Assembly (NCBI GenBank): GCA_951406725.2
Contig: OX597820.1
Location: forward strand, 122,450,001 to 122,514,000
DNA from: Octopus vulgaris
Lineage: Eukaryota
Direction of reading: 5' to 3'
Length of the DNA stretch: 64,000 bases
Part shown: in pieces, positions 26,486-40,083 of the stretch
How positions within the stretch are numbered: position 1 is the first letter of the stretch
How the letters are laid out: every line of letters begins with the position of its first letter
The notes under the pieces: generated by a model
What the model was told of the DNA's origin: nothing
Seen by the model: the letters and a program-made list of their open reading frames with translations, nothing else
Databases searched by the model: none
Made by a program: the position numbers and the translations under genes

Positions 26486-27479
26486 TCAGCTTTCATCTTT
26501 ATACATATTTTAATTCAGGATTACGTACCCATCACTGTACATATTTTGTCCCCACCACTCTAGCTTTTGAATTTTTGTGCATATATATTTTCCACCCCAC
26601 CAAAATAATAACGATCATCAATTACCTCCCCTGAAATTTTTCTACCTGATGAATCATTCATTCAGAAACTCCACACACAACATGGCCGAAAAATTTTTTC
26701 TTAAGAAAATACGTATTTAAATAAATTTTAATGTGATGATTAGTGAAAGGGAAACCAGTCGACAAACACAACATAAAAGATATAATGCACACACTATGTA
26801 AAGTGTGTGCATTTTCCTTCTTTAATTATATATATATAACCATCTGAAACTGCTGAGATAATCTGGAACTCGACTGAGGATAGAAAGCTCCAAATGACCT
26901 GTCTTTGTTTTTCCTGTCTTTTTTTTCTGTATCGTCTAACTGATCGGATGTTTTGTCACCTGTTATGTTCGTGTTCCATCTTTTGTTTTCTTTATATATA
27001 TACATACATACATGCATATATATATAATATATATATATGTATATGCATATATATATACATACATACATGCATATATATATAATATATATGTATATGCATA
27101 TATATATAATATATATGTATATGCATATATATATAATATATATGTATATGCATATATATATACACACACACATATATATACAATATATACATACATATAT
27201 ATATCATTTGTATTATATATATATAAATGTATATGTATATATATATATGTGTGTGTGTGTGTGTATGTATATGTATGCACCTACAATTTTCATCATTCTT
27301 TTGGACAACCTTACTCCGATTAAGAAGCTATAACTTTTAAGAATTCAGTGTTTCTGAGCATTGTTTGGTGACCTTCTCTTCCATGCTTCCACAATTATTT
27401 TCTCACCTTCTATGCTGTGTGTTTGCCAGTGAACAAAAGAACAGAAAAAGCACTCAACGCATTTAGTTTGAGTAATATT

Positions 27480-27895
27480 ATGTTAAGCAGACATTTTACT
27501 GGGCAGTTCTGAAGCATTTGTGAGTTGCAGTGAGATGGAGATGCCCCTACCTGTGGCAAATTGGAGAGTGGTGGTTTCATCAGGACAATGAACTTGTGCA
27601 CACCGTCTTTAGTGTGAGACAGTTTTTGACCAAAAAATGGCATGGGCCCTGCTTAGCCACTCTGCCTATTCACCTGATCTTGCTAATGGGAAAGATTTGG
27701 CAGATGTGGAAAAGATGGAGAGAAAACAAGAGGTGTTAAAAGGCATCATTTGACAAGGTTTCCAGGAAAATGTGTCTGGACCGATGCATTGCTTCGAATG
27801 GAGAATACTTTGAAGGCGATAAAAGTGTAAACATGCAAAACTTAATAAATGAAATAATATTGCAAAATTCCGGTTTCTTTTGGGTACCCACCTCG
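27480..27895 (+). mobile_element. mariner-family transposon 3' fragment
   Basis: WWFHQDNELVHT...FLTK and PYSPDLA, then CLDRCIASNGEYFEG. Right TIR ccggtttcttttgggtacccacctcg followed by TA (27896-27897). The third catalytic residue is deleted. Confidence 0.88.
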
Positions 27896-27928
27896 TACAT
27901 GTGTGCATGTCTGCATGCGTATATATAC

Positions 27929-27974
<46 letters not shown>

Positions 27975-28028
27975 GTGTATATATATCATCATCATTGATG
28001 ACACATATATAAGACACACTAATTGTTT

Positions 28029-28331
28029 TTTTTGTTGTTGTTTGTTCCTTCTCGAGCCATGCCTGGTTCATAAGGGCCGGTTTCCTTAGCGTATAGGTTC
28101 CCCACCTGGACGGGACGCCGGTCCATCGCAGGTGAGCTGCAAGATGCAGGAGGAAAGAGTGAGAGAAAGTTGTGGTGAAAGAGTCAGCAGAAGTTTCGCT
28201 GTTACCTTCTGCCAGAGCCACGTGGAGCTTAGCTGTTTCACTCATAAACACACACATCGTCCGGTCTGAGATTCGAACCCGCGGCCCCTTGACCGTGAGT
28301 TCACTGCTCTAACCACTAGGCCAAGTGCCTC
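28029..28331 (-). mobile_element. Full-length tRNA-derived SINE (family E) with 14-bp TSD
   Basis: Minus strand ggaggcactTGGCCTAGTGGttagagc...GGTTCGAATCtc, (aac)n tail. cacactaattgttt at 28015-28028 and 28332-28345. Confidence 0.93.
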
Positions 28332-28767
28332 CACACTAATTGTTTAATGCCCACTTTCCCATGCTTGCATGGGTCACACAGGATTTGTTAAGGCAGATTA
28401 TTTGGCTGCTTCATCTTGTTGCTGTCAACTTTTACCAAGCAAGGTAAATGTTTTCACATAAATTAACTTGTTTTTCATGAATGATTAGAAATGAAAATCC
28501 TCTATTACGTTGAAGTGTATTTACAACTATCACATAATGTCTAGACATATATACATAATGCATATATTTGAGTCCATTTATGAAATATAATCACAAGGCT
28601 TTGGCCAAGACACTGAGCTGAGAAGCTGTGCAGTGGGACTGAACCCAGATTTCAGGGTTGGGAAACAAGATTCTTAACCATGTATATATATGTGTTTGTG
28701 TTTATATATGTGTGCATTATATACCTATTTGTGTGTGTTTATTTTTATTTATCTATTTTTTAGTGTA

Positions 28768-28798
<31 letters not shown>

Positions 28799-28976
28799 TG
28801 GTCATTTCCTTATATTAAATAGCAAAAGCAATATAAATATACATAATTAGGTAATTATTTGTACACGGGCACACACATGCTCTCATGTACATACATACAT
28901 ATATATATACATATATAGATAGATAGATACATACATACATATTTATACAAACATATGTACATAAATACAACACACA

Positions 28977-29039
<63 letters not shown>

Positions 29040-29808
29040 TGTCACTCACTCAAAAACTACAAACGATTCTTTGCAATGTGCAGAATACCCTTCGACTGGT
29101 ACCTTCAAATGATACAGCCTGTAGTTATTGATATTTCTGTTTCCCAATTATACTTCGCCTATACACATAAAAGATATACATCGACCATACAATGGATACC
29201 TGATTGTGCAACATGTAGCATACACAGCATTGAGTACACAATAGTGAAGGCAATGCAGCATAGATCTATTCATGCTCCATGCTTCATACAATGCATATCT
29301 TTTCAGATCTGTAGGCACCATATTGCCAATTGATATACTGTTCATAAAATGTGCACATATATTATTGATACAGCAATATTTCATTTCTATGTTACTTCTA
29401 TAATATATGTGCACCTTAGCAAGCTGTTTGCATTTAAAAAAAGGCCCTTTTTTTTGTAGAAGAGAAAGAGGTGCAAGAGAAACGTTGTAGTACTAACGCT
29501 TAGTTGCAGATAGTGCATTAGTTTTAATCACTAACTTTATTCGCTTAAATTTTATTACTAACACCATTTATGTTCTTGTTTGATATTAATTAGTCATTAT
29601 CTCACTTGTTGTTATTGATTTTTTATCATTATGACTATCATCATCATCATCATCATTATTATTATTATTATTCTGTTTGACTTTTGCTTTATGTTTGTAC
29701 AAGTCTCACCCAGAGACCTCAAGAGACAACAGGTTGGAAGTTCACGTTGTTGTTATTATTATTATCATCATTATTATTATCATTATTATTATTATTATAT
29801 TATTATTA

Positions 29809-29842
<34 letters not shown>

Positions 29843-29964
29843 CATCATTATTATTATTATTATCATTATTATTATTATTATTATTATTATTCTATTAGTA
29901 TTATTATTATTATTTCATTATCATCATCATCATCATCGTCGTCATCATTATCATTTTCTTTGTT

Positions 29965-30370
29965 ATTGATTTGTTTTCCATGAGCTCACCCAGTCTCAGC
30001 CAGAGACCTCAGGAACAGCTAGTTGAATGTTTTATTATGGGTGTTATTTACAAGTAGCACTGATATATTGTACTGCAGAGAAACTACATCCTGAGAATTA
30101 AGATTCTATCAAAAGTTTGTGGTAACATTTATAATTTTTTAAAAAGAGTTTTAAAGATTCAGATATTCTCAGTTGATAGGTTGTTCTCAGGTTGTGGGGC
30201 AATACCCATCAGATCCCCATCTTGTAATTCTGATAGTTTTTGTTTATTACTACTCAATTGCCTGATCTGGTCAGTATTTATAATGTATGAAAGTTTTTCC
30301 TTGACTGCATCTATATTTATAGTAAGGATATCTCTGATATGTGCTGTTCTCTTGTACTATGAAAGACAAA
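29965..30370 (-). mobile_element. Decayed 3' end of an RLE-type (R4/Dong-like) LINE; short related end at 29672-29750
   Basis: KLSELQ...LMGIA/HNLRT resembles the EIQK.ALMGTAHILR C-terminus. ccagagacctca is shared by both pieces, which abut (TTA)n/(CAT)n. Confidence 0.45.
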
Positions 30371-30625
30371 TCATCATCATCATCATCTTTTAATGTCCAT
30401 GCTGGCATGGGGTGGACAGTTTGACTGAGGGCCAGCGAGCCAGAAGGCTGCACCAGTCTCCAGTCTGATCTGGCAAAGTTTCTACAGCTGGATGCCCTTC
30501 CTAACGCCAACCACTCTGAAAGTGTAGTGGGTGCTTTTACATGCCACTGGCACGAGGGCCAGTCAGGCATTACTGGCATTGGCCACACTCAAATGGTGCA
30601 TTTTACATGCAGTCTGGCGGTACTG
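30371..30625 (-). mobile_element. SINE family B
   Basis: (cat)n...ccatgctggcatggg...ctacagctggatgcccttcctaacgccaaccactc. Confidence 0.88.
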
Positions 30626-31779
30626 GAGGATAAATGGAACAATTATAAGGATATTGATTTCTTTGGCGAGTAGTTCCTAAGCTGTTGAAGGGGAGTAGAA
30701 AGTTAAATGCCAAGAAGAAATAGTAAGGAATTCAGATTGAGTAAAAAATGTTGGGATGAATCAAGCAATAAAGGCATGGAGGTAATAGTGACGCAAAACA
30801 GGAGTAGAGAACCGATAACAGAATAAGAACAAGAAATGTGAAAGGAACCAACATATAAGGGGATTCCTGCCACCCCCAACTCTGGATTAGTCTGACCTAT
30901 CAAAGGTAAGTTCTTGCCACAACTATAGACTTAGCTTATTTAGCCATTCCTATTTCATCTCTCACGTTTTGTATGATTTTACTGGAAAGGTATCACCTCC
31001 TCCTTATTTATGTTCTTTTTCCTCTTTTAAGTTGTTCTTGAAGCAACTGAAGAGGACTTAGCTCTGTCCGCCAAACTTTTAGCTGCATCCACAATGTGAC
31101 CTCTTTTAAGGAAAGGTTACTCTCCCTCTTCTGAAACAATGGAAGGATAAGTTGATCTCCATGGAGTTCTTCATTGATGGTCGATCTTTGGAATATGATA
31201 AGAGTTGTTTGACCATAATCTCCAAACTGGTAAAGCCCTAAAGTCTGATGAAGTGTTACAAATGATTCTTCACCAACCCTTCCAATCTTACCTTGTATCC
31301 TTCAGGGATAAATCATTAGTAACAAACATATTCTAGGGTTCACTAAATTTATTAATATATTTTTTTCTTATTTTTTCATTATCATTATAATTGCAGTCAA
31401 ATAGAGGCATATTATAGTAAGGATCCTATAACATTTAGCTTTGCCTTCATTTTTATTAGTTTAAGTTCTGCAAGATCCTACTTTGCATTTCAGCACATTG
31501 GTATTAATAACCCAACTAGATTGTGTGTGTGTGTGTGTGTTAATTTTTCTTTAAGATTTAAGTTCTTCTTAAGAGAATTTAAGTTGGTTGCTAACAAAAT
31601 GACAAAACATTAAGAAAGAGTTGCTAGTGTTTTTAAATATGTAACTGAGTTGGTATGTTGGTTGAACTGTCAATGTACACACTCAAGTGTGTGTGTGTGT
31701 GAATATAGTCATTGAAAGAATCTCAGATGAAGGATCTTTGGAATGTCTTACATATCTTCACTGTGCCACCAATAAGATG

Positions 31780-32030
31780 GATTTGAAGAAAGCCTGACAG
31801 TTCCTTTTGCTCTTTCTTTGAAAAACTGAATATTGCTAAATTTGCAGGGCCATACCCTCATGCGCTTATGATGAAAGTAGAAATGAATATTTATAGTCAA
31901 GATGCAAGAGCTCTAAGTTCTGTGGTTGTTCACCATAAATATTCTCTTTTCCCTGGATTTTCATGGTTTATCCACATCCGCTGGGTAGCTGACCTCAACA
32001 ATGGTGCATGAATTTTGTTCTCTGGTCCCA
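31780..32030 (-). pseudogene. Restriction-like endonuclease domain of a non-LTR retrotransposon (R2/NeSL/R4 group)
   Basis: Across frameshifts: REQNSCTIVEVSYPADV...KIQGKENIYGE...LELLHLDYKYSF, fitting the C.I(D/E)V..P.D...K...Y motif. Confidence 0.7.
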
Positions 32031-32262
32031 TAGTGTCTGTGTATATGCTTGTTTGTTTTGAATTGGAAGGAATTGGTTGGTACAGATTTTCTACAGCCAG
32101 ATGCTCTTTCTGTCATCACCTCCTCATCTATCTGCAAGTGAGGCAAGATTTCCCAATGACCTGTTTCGTGGAAAATTGGAAGGAAATGGTATTTGCTGCA
32201 ACTATCATGTAATGTCAAGGCAATGAATCAGTAGCACACACCTCACATGTACACAGACACAC

Positions 32263-32309
<47 letters not shown>

Positions 32310-32319
32310 TGCACACAAC

Positions 32320-32478
32320 AGAATTTGATTCAGTTTCTGTCAGCTAAATCCATTTACAAGACTTTCATTGACTAGGGCTATAGTAGAAGATACTTATACA
32401 AGGGGCCACACAGTGGAATTGAACCTGAAGCCATGTAGTTGGGAAGCAGACTTCTTGCCACACAGCCGTACCTGTGCC
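32320..32478 (-). mobile_element. SINE family A, 5' part
   Basis: ggctatagtagaagatact...cacacagtggaattgaacctg...ccacacagccgtacctgtgcc. Confidence 0.8.
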
Positions 32479-32858
32479 TATGATATCCTCATCAATGCTA
32501 TGCCTTTGATGATACATCCTCTTTGTCTCTTACTCCATTCGCACATAATCATATTAATTTAATAATTTACTCCTTTCTGTCAATTGTGTGTGTAATGCAT
32601 ATCATTGTGTGTAAGTAACAAACTGTGTGCATGGTGCTCATGAGTGCACATAGGATTAAAAGTTCTCCTATCGGTTTGCTCTTAGTAATTTCAAAATTCC
32701 TTTTTAAGAAAATCCTTTAATGTGATACGATATTCTTTCTGCTGTGGTAAACATTGGTAGACTCAAAAGTGGAAACAATACCACAGATTGCACATATACC
32801 AAATGCTCTCTTTTAATGCTCTTTCTTTTTCTCTCTTTCTCTTCCTCACACATACACA

Positions 32859-32901
<43 letters not shown>

Positions 32902-34092
32902 ACATATGTATGTAGGGTGCTCTTATGTGTATGTATGTATGTTTGTATGTATCATTGAACATTTTTGGTTATTCCGTAATATGTCGTTAAACAGATGTCT
33001 TCATCCTGATGCACAATGAAGCTATATATTTAAACCAGCTTACTAAACCCCAAGTTTCTCTTCAAGTGAAATTCTTAAGAATACCACTTGAAGCTAAAAG
33101 AATTCTTTTCACCTGAAGCTAACTCTGAATGTTCAAGATATGTCGCCCAGTCGTCTCTAGATGCTTTTATAACACTTTGAGATTCTGGTTTCCCTGTTCA
33201 GTGCCACTGATAGGATATTCATTAGAGATATTTAGTCTAGAGAATTCAACACACATCAACTAAAACCCTTTTAATTCCCACCACAGCATCCTTGTATTAA
33301 GCAGAGATAAAAATACACATTGATTGCCTTGTTTCTACTCTGGTGGTGGAAACCAGCCCAAAATATCACTCTCTACTTCCTCCTATAACACACCAACACA
33401 CACACCCTTTGTTGCTATTTCCAGTTTAATTTATGTCTAATCAGACAATCAAATAATTTGCCAATTCAAGTTAACTCAAATCTATTGAACTGCTAAAGAT
33501 AATCAACTGTAGACTACAAAAAGACAGAAACACTATTAAATGAGATTATAAATGAATTGCTAATAAAATAACAATTCACCTTCAGTTTCAGTTTTGACCT
33601 AAAAGTAATTTATAGTTGGAAACTTTGTTTTGTTTCACAATCTAGTAGAACAGTAATTATACTTCCCATCCACTCTGTTCTATTAACCAACTTCCCTTGG
33701 TTATAATGTGACATTACACAATGATTCAAGTTCAGAGCAACTCTCTAACGAGTATTTATAATTGTCTTAATTTTGCTTATTCATTCATTAGACGTTTGGA
33801 AATAAATATATACAACAGAAGATGAATGTATTTGTGTAGGAATGTATATAAACTGTGTGTGCGTACTTGTAAACATCATTAAGATTTAGATTGTTATATT
33901 ATGCATAGGAAAATTTAATTAGAATTTTTTGTTTAACTTTGTGTGCTTCTGTTTGTTTGTGTAAGAATAAGGCTTATATAATAGTGCACTTGTACTTGGT
34001 TGTTATGTTAAAGATAGATTATCCCCACACTGATCTGACTCTTCTTTCATAATTGTTGCTCAATTTATCCCAGAAATATTTTGATTTATTAA

Positions 34093-34148
34093 CCCTTTCA
34101 TTACCAACCCGGCTGAAACCGGCTCTGGCTCTGAGTACAAATGTCTTG
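34093..34148 (+). mobile_element. piggyBac-type MITE, left-end fragment
   Basis: TTAA followed by ccctttcattaccaacccggctgaaaccggctctggctctgagtacaaatgtcttg. Confidence 0.85.
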
Positions 34149-34274
34149 TGGTGTGTGTCATGTTACACGGGTGATAAAGTTGTGGCTAAGTACCCAGCTA
34201 CAAAAACCTATGATGCAGTGTGGAGTTTTAGCAATTTGATTCACTTATTCCTTGTACCTTTGCCTTCTTTACAT

Positions 34275-34575
34275 TATCATCATCATCATCATCATCAGTC
34301 CGTTTTCCATGCTAGCATGGGTTGGACGGTTCGACCGGGATCTGGGAACCCAGAAAGCTGCACCAGGCTACAGTCTAATCTGGCAGTGTTTCTACAGCTG
34401 GATGCCCTTCCTAACGCCAACCACTCCGTGGGTGTAGTGGGTGCTTTTTACATGCCACCGGCACAGAAGCCAGTCAAGGCGGCGTTGGCATCAGCCACAT
34501 TCGGATGGTGCTTTTTACGTGCCTCCAGCACAGATATCACAACGACAATTTCCATTGATTTTTGATGTTGATGTA
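34275..34575 (-). mobile_element. SINE family B, well preserved
   Basis: (cat)n gtccgttttccatgctagcatgggttggacggttcgacc..., close to 38546-38795 and 41976-42175. Confidence 0.9.
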
Positions 34576-35393
34576 CAAAATCTTAAGTAGTAACCCAATG
34601 AACCATTAAAGGTTATAGAGTGCATGTTAAAGGCTAAGAATTCGTTAATGGTTACACGGTTTTGGTAAATTGCAAAGAGTTCTATTTCATGTGTAGACCA
34701 TCATAACATGATATAAAATTTATTAATTGTAAAGTTTCTGGATTGTTTGGTGAATAGTGGTCTAGAGCTCAATTTAATTCTCTGCAATAGCATTGGTGAG
34801 GAATCCTGTTCATTCACCTGGCATAACATTTTGTAGGAAAATTAAACTCTAAAAAGGTTGTAAGTTTAAGAGGTTTGCTCCAATTCTTCATACATTGTTG
34901 TCTTTCTATGTGTGTCAATAGGTAAGCCTGAGAAGAATTTGGAATAATTTGTAACTCAACAGATATTTCTGGTTCTTAATAAAAAAAAAAAGGTAGAAAT
35001 CACATCACAAAATGCTTAGGCTTTGATTAGAATCCTCAATTCTGTTTTGTTTTTTAATAATAAGTTGTTTTCAGGCTGTCCTTCCTTTGTTGAGAAATTC
35101 AGGTTGTAATCAATTATTTCCAATACTGGGACCAGAACCATTCCACTGTTCCAGTCGTTCTTCCTCCATTTATTCTATCATATTGACTTGCTTTATTATT
35201 TTTTAAATTTATTTTTCCTTGTATTATGGTAATGAAGCTTTAAATGATGTGAAATTTTATTTAAAATATTAGTCTTCAAATCACTAAGAGCATATATGTG
35301 TGTGCATGTGTGTGCGTGCATATATATTATGTATGTATGTGTGTGTGCATAATATATATATATATATATATAAATGTATATATGTATATACAT

Positions 35394-35435
<42 letters not shown>

Positions 35436-35553
35436 GATAATATATATATATATACACATACACACACAAAAAAGAAATTCTACCCACCAATGTGGTGTTG
35501 AGCACTCATTTTCATCATTCAACATTTATATATATATCTGTGTGTGTGTGTGC

Positions 35554-35589
<36 letters not shown>

Positions 35590-37915
35590 GTGCATGTGTA
35601 TGCATACACACACACACAAGCACATATAAACATATTGTATCTGTTTTTACTTATTGAATATTACTTTATTTCCTTCAAATATATTTTGGGGGATTTCATT
35701 GATTTTTTTTCCAACCATTTTTTCCATTTCAACTATTCTCTATGTATGTGTTTATGTGTGTATCTATGTAGCTATCTATATATGAATATGTGTGTGTATG
35801 TCTGTGTGTGTGTGTGTCTGTATGTGCATGTCTGTGTGTATGTGTATATATATATATAAAATATTTCACACTGTATCATTTCTATGTTAATTCAGTACTT
35901 AATTTATTTAAACCAAAGTGAATGCAAATAAAGATCTTTATAAAAATGTGTGTGTGTGTGTGTAGTGTCTTGTTTTAAATGTATTACCTGTTTGCATGTT
36001 TGTAATTCTCTACTGAATTTTTTTTTTTTTACATTTTTTCCCCCTTCTTTTTATGTTTTTGATTTTAGAAAACCTTCCTCACATTTCAACTCTGTAAATA
36101 TTACCCAATGTATTGATTGTGTTACCAATTCAGAATAGGAAAGAGGAGTTACAAGTAGCATTTATAAATATTTAATAATATATCAAATATATGTTGAATA
36201 AAACTAATAATGGTTTATGTTAATCCACGATCCCTGAATCCTCTCAAATATATTACAGATCCCTAATTATATTTTTGCACCTTGTATTACCTCTTTCCAC
36301 TTTACCATTTTCTCACTTGCAGCATTCAGCTAATATTGTTTACCTATTTCTCATCTGTTCCTCTCCCAAATCTCTATCTCTCCCCTTCCTCCCTCTTGCT
36401 CTCTTACCTTAAATGCCCTGTGTTTTTATGTTATATTTGTTGTATTCTTTTATATATATATATATATATATCATTATATATATTTCATAATTTTTTTTAT
36501 TGTTTTGCAACCAAGTGTTTTATGAGTGTCAGGAATGTTTTGACCAAAGCTTCGATTACCCACCCTCTATCCAGCCTTGTTGTTGTCAACCAATTTTTTA
36601 AAAATATTTATTTATTTATTTTTTTATTTTTTACATAATTCATATCCAGCCACTTTCCACCAAAGTCTGCACCATTTTGAAAATAATCAAAGCAGCAATC
36701 ATTTTCACAGACCTACAAACATGACTCACACATGACTAAAATATTAGCCTTAATTCATTGGCAATGTTATCCGTTTTTGTTCCACCACACATCGTCCATC
36801 TTCTAGGTGACAACTGTTTATTATTAACTCTAACATGCAACCTTCTTTAAATATTATACTGTTCTGTTTTAATTTAGTTATTTTGTAAATCTTTATGGAA
36901 AAATTACAATTCAAGAAAATGCCATTTTGATCCTAAATGCCTGGTTAACTTCCTATTTACATTAATGTCTTCTGAAATCCCTGAGAAATCATTAGTGACA
37001 TAATCACATGATATATCTCACGACCCTCTTACAACACCAACATTCCTCTCCCATTCAATCCCCCAGTTTTGCCTCTTGCTTATAGCAACAGTCGATACTA
37101 TCAAAGGTGCTTCAAAATGACTTGCCTCAAGACACGACTTCCTAAATAACACATCTCCCCTCTCACGAAATTCTACCACTTCTATTTATTTCAAACAGTC
37201 TTTCTATTCCCGCTATTTTTTCTCCCTCATTCCTTGTAAAACATCCTCATATAAATCATCACCAGTCACATTCCTATATCTTATTCTCACCTTTCAACTA
37301 TTTTTATGGAAAAGAAGTATTTTATTTGATACTTTACACTTCTTTATTATAGCTAAAAAAAAAAAAAAAAAAGAAACAAGCATATGAGATATAAAATGTA
37401 CAGATGGATGATCCTTATTACAAGTTACATAGTTTTCAATCCCAGGTTTTATTATTCAAAAATAATTGCTGCAGTAGTTGAATGACTCCTCTCTGCTCAG
37501 TCCTTATCCATTGGACAAAATCTTTTGCAGGTATTTCTAGCTTCAATTCTATCAACCTTTATAGCAGAGTATTCATTTCTCAGATCTAGAATTGAAGAGG
37601 GTTTATAGTCAGATTAGACAAGTGAATTAAACGGTTTAGGCAATGATGTTGTGCTTTAAATTACAAGAGAATTAACGAGCAATATTACAAGGAGACTGAC
37701 TAGTAGCCTTTGTTAATAGCAAGTTGCTGAATTTTTCTTTTTCTTTTATTTTGCTTTATTCAAATGTATGCTTTTCATATATTTTGTTCAACCAATCTTC
37801 CTATTTCAATGAAGTTACATAATTCTACAAATATTTACGAAATGAAAATAACATAACCTAATCTCTACATAATGTGGCACACGGTTCAATTGTTGTTGTA
37901 GTTACTACTTCCACC

Positions 37916-37949
<34 letters not shown>

Positions 37950-38287
37950 TTACTACTACTACTACTATTACTACTACTACTATTACTACTAATAATAATA
38001 ATAATAATTATAGGCTGATGATAAATGGTAGAATTTTTAATGTGACAATTCCTTACTGTATTTCTTGCAGCACTTAGGTTCAAATCCCACCAAGGTTAAA
38101 TTTGCCTTACATCCCTCTGAGGTCAATGAAATTGATTTCATCTCCTTATCTCTTCCACTGAATTTCTTGCCTTCCACATTTTCTTCGGTTTTGTGGGGTT
38201 GAGAAACTAAAATACCGGTCAGCTTCAGTGATTGATAAAAATAACAGTTCTCCCTCTTCAGTTAACTACTAGGAACAGTTATTTCAA

Positions 38288-38505
38288 AGGTGGTGAACTG
38301 GCAGAACCATTAGCATGCTGGGCAAAATGCTAAGCAGTATTTTGTCTGCCATTATGTTCTGAGTTCAAATTCTGCCAAGGTCGACTGTGCTTTTCATGCT
38401 TCGAGGGTCAATAAAACAAGTAGCAGTTGAACACTGCTGTTGATAAAATCAACTCCTCCACACCTCCCCCAAAATGGCTGCCTTTGGGGCAAAATTTGAA
38501 ACCAT
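38288..38505 (+). mobile_element. SINE family C, near full length
   Basis: ggtggtgaactggcagaaccattagcatgctgggcaaaatgc...gagttcaaattctgccaaggtcgac...aaatttgaaacc followed by (att)n. Older copies near 38075, 39560, 57460, 57980 and 59290. Confidence 0.85.
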
Positions 38506-38545
38506 TATTATTATTTCTTCTTCTTATTATTATTATTAATATTTA

Positions 38546-38795
38546 ACGTTTAACATCCGTTTTCCATGCTAGCATGGGTTGGGCGGTTCGACCGGGGTCT
38601 GGTAAGCCATGGAGGCTGCACCAGGCTCCAGTATAATCTGGCAGTGTTTCTACAGCTGGATGCCCTTCCTAATGCCAACCACTCCATGAGTGTAGTGGGT
38701 GCTTTTTACGTGCCAGGGCAGGCTGGCAGCGGCCATGATCAATTGGTGCTTTTTACATGCCACTGGCACAGAAGCCAGTCAAGGCAGCGCTGGCA
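38546..38795 (-). mobile_element. SINE family B
   Basis: acgtttaacatccgttttccatgctagcatgggttggg.... Confidence 0.88.
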
Positions 38796-38806
38796 TAGTA
38801 TTATTG

Positions 38807-38859
<53 letters not shown>

Positions 38860-38879
38860 GCGTTAGTGTAGAAACATTA

Positions 38880-39192
38880 TCTTGAGGTTTGGTGACAAGT
38901 CTCCCCAAATCTCAAGAACCTTGTAGAATAGATGATGGCACTATTCTGCAGGTCAACACTGCACTTCTCAATTCATAGCATTTTGGATGTTGGGCCAAGT
39001 GCACCTATCAGAACAGAAATAACTCTTCTCTTAATTTTCCATAATCCCTTCATCTCTCTCTGGCTAGATCCTGATAATCCTCTATTAATTTAGTTTCTTT
39101 AGCATCCGCTCCGATATCATATGGTATCGCATAATCTATGATCTTACACTGTTTGTTTTCTTCTCTATAATTATATCTGGTTTTCTCACTTC

Positions 39193-39195
<3 letters not shown>
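38880..39195 (-). pseudogene. R4/Dong-like LINE 3' fragment (RLE domain) embedded in (TTA)n
   Basis: Across frameshifts: RKPDIII...QCKIIDYAIPYDIGADAKETKLIEDYQDLARE/MKGLWKIKRRVISVLIGALG. (TTA)n on both sides. Confidence 0.85.
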
Positions 39196-39247
<52 letters not shown>

Positions 39248-39321
39248 TTATTATTATCATTATTATTATTATAAATATTTATATAATTGAAAGGAGAAGT
39301 GGCAAAATGGAGGAGAAATAT

Positions 39322-39530
39322 TTAACCTTTTAATGTTTAAACTGGTCATATCAGGCCAAAATTGTCTTCTTGTTTTATGCTTAAACCAGCCAGCTCTGAC
39401 CCCTCACACCTACCCTACAAAGTCATTCTAAAAATAAACAGGGACATCCGTCAAAATCTCAGAGTTACAAAATGCTGTACAATTAATTTAAAACAATGTA
39501 ATTAAACAGGCTTTACATTTGACAGATTAA
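39322..39530 (+). mobile_element. Possible second TTAA-type MITE, diverged
   Basis: Begins ttaaccttttaatgtttaaactgg. The right terminus is not recognisable. Confidence 0.4.
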
Positions 39531-39883
39531 ATGTTTTGTACTCTTTAGCTACTTCCATTTATAAGCTGAGTTTCAATCCTACCACATTCAACTTTGTGTC
39601 TTTCATCCTCCTCAGTCAATTAGATAGGTACAGGTAATGCGCTTGAATCAAATTTACTTCCATTCCCTGTTCAATTCCCTGTTGCTATCCCCTAAAAGCT
39701 TTGGCCTCTTGATATATTGTTAGAAATCATCTTTGTTGTTGCTGTTGTTATTTCCTGTTGTAACAGTGTATGTGTTTCATACTGTAGTAAAGGTATTTGT
39801 ACTATGTAAGCTTGTTTTTGTCTCCTTCTATGAGGTTATCCTTTCTCAACCAGCAAGAGACACAAGGGGCGGGTTTTCAAATG

Positions 39884-40041
39884 TGCAGGTGTGGCTGTGT
39901 GGTAAATAGCTTGCTTCCTAACCACATGGTTCCAGGTTTAGTCCCACTGTGTGGCATGTTGAGCAAATGTCTACTACTATAGCCTCAGGACAACTTAAGT
40001 CTTGTGAGTGGATATGGAAGATGGAAACTGAAAGAAACCTG

Positions 40042-40045
<4 letters not shown>
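39884..40045 (+). mobile_element. SINE family A, 5' part
   Basis: tgcaggtgtggctgtgtggtaaatagcttgcttcctaaccacatggttccaggtttagtcccactg. Confidence 0.85.

Positions 40046-40083
<38 letters not shown>

Noticed and set aside
28255-28331. Possible tRNA gene
   Set aside because: A and B boxes are present, but the sequence continues into a SINE body and tail bounded by a TSD, and the acceptor stem is not intact.
29631-29983. Poly-Ile, poly-Leu and poly-Tyr ORFs that look like membrane proteins (also 59441-60147)
   Set aside because: They are (TTA)n/(CAT)n trinucleotide tracts.
34053-34565. 170-aa plus-strand ORF
   Set aside because: It runs through a MITE fragment, a (CAT)n tail and an antisense SINE.
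36520-37300. Possible decayed piggyBac transposase (also 17480-18130)
   Set aside because: Motif hints are too weak and there are no paired TTAA-CCC termini.
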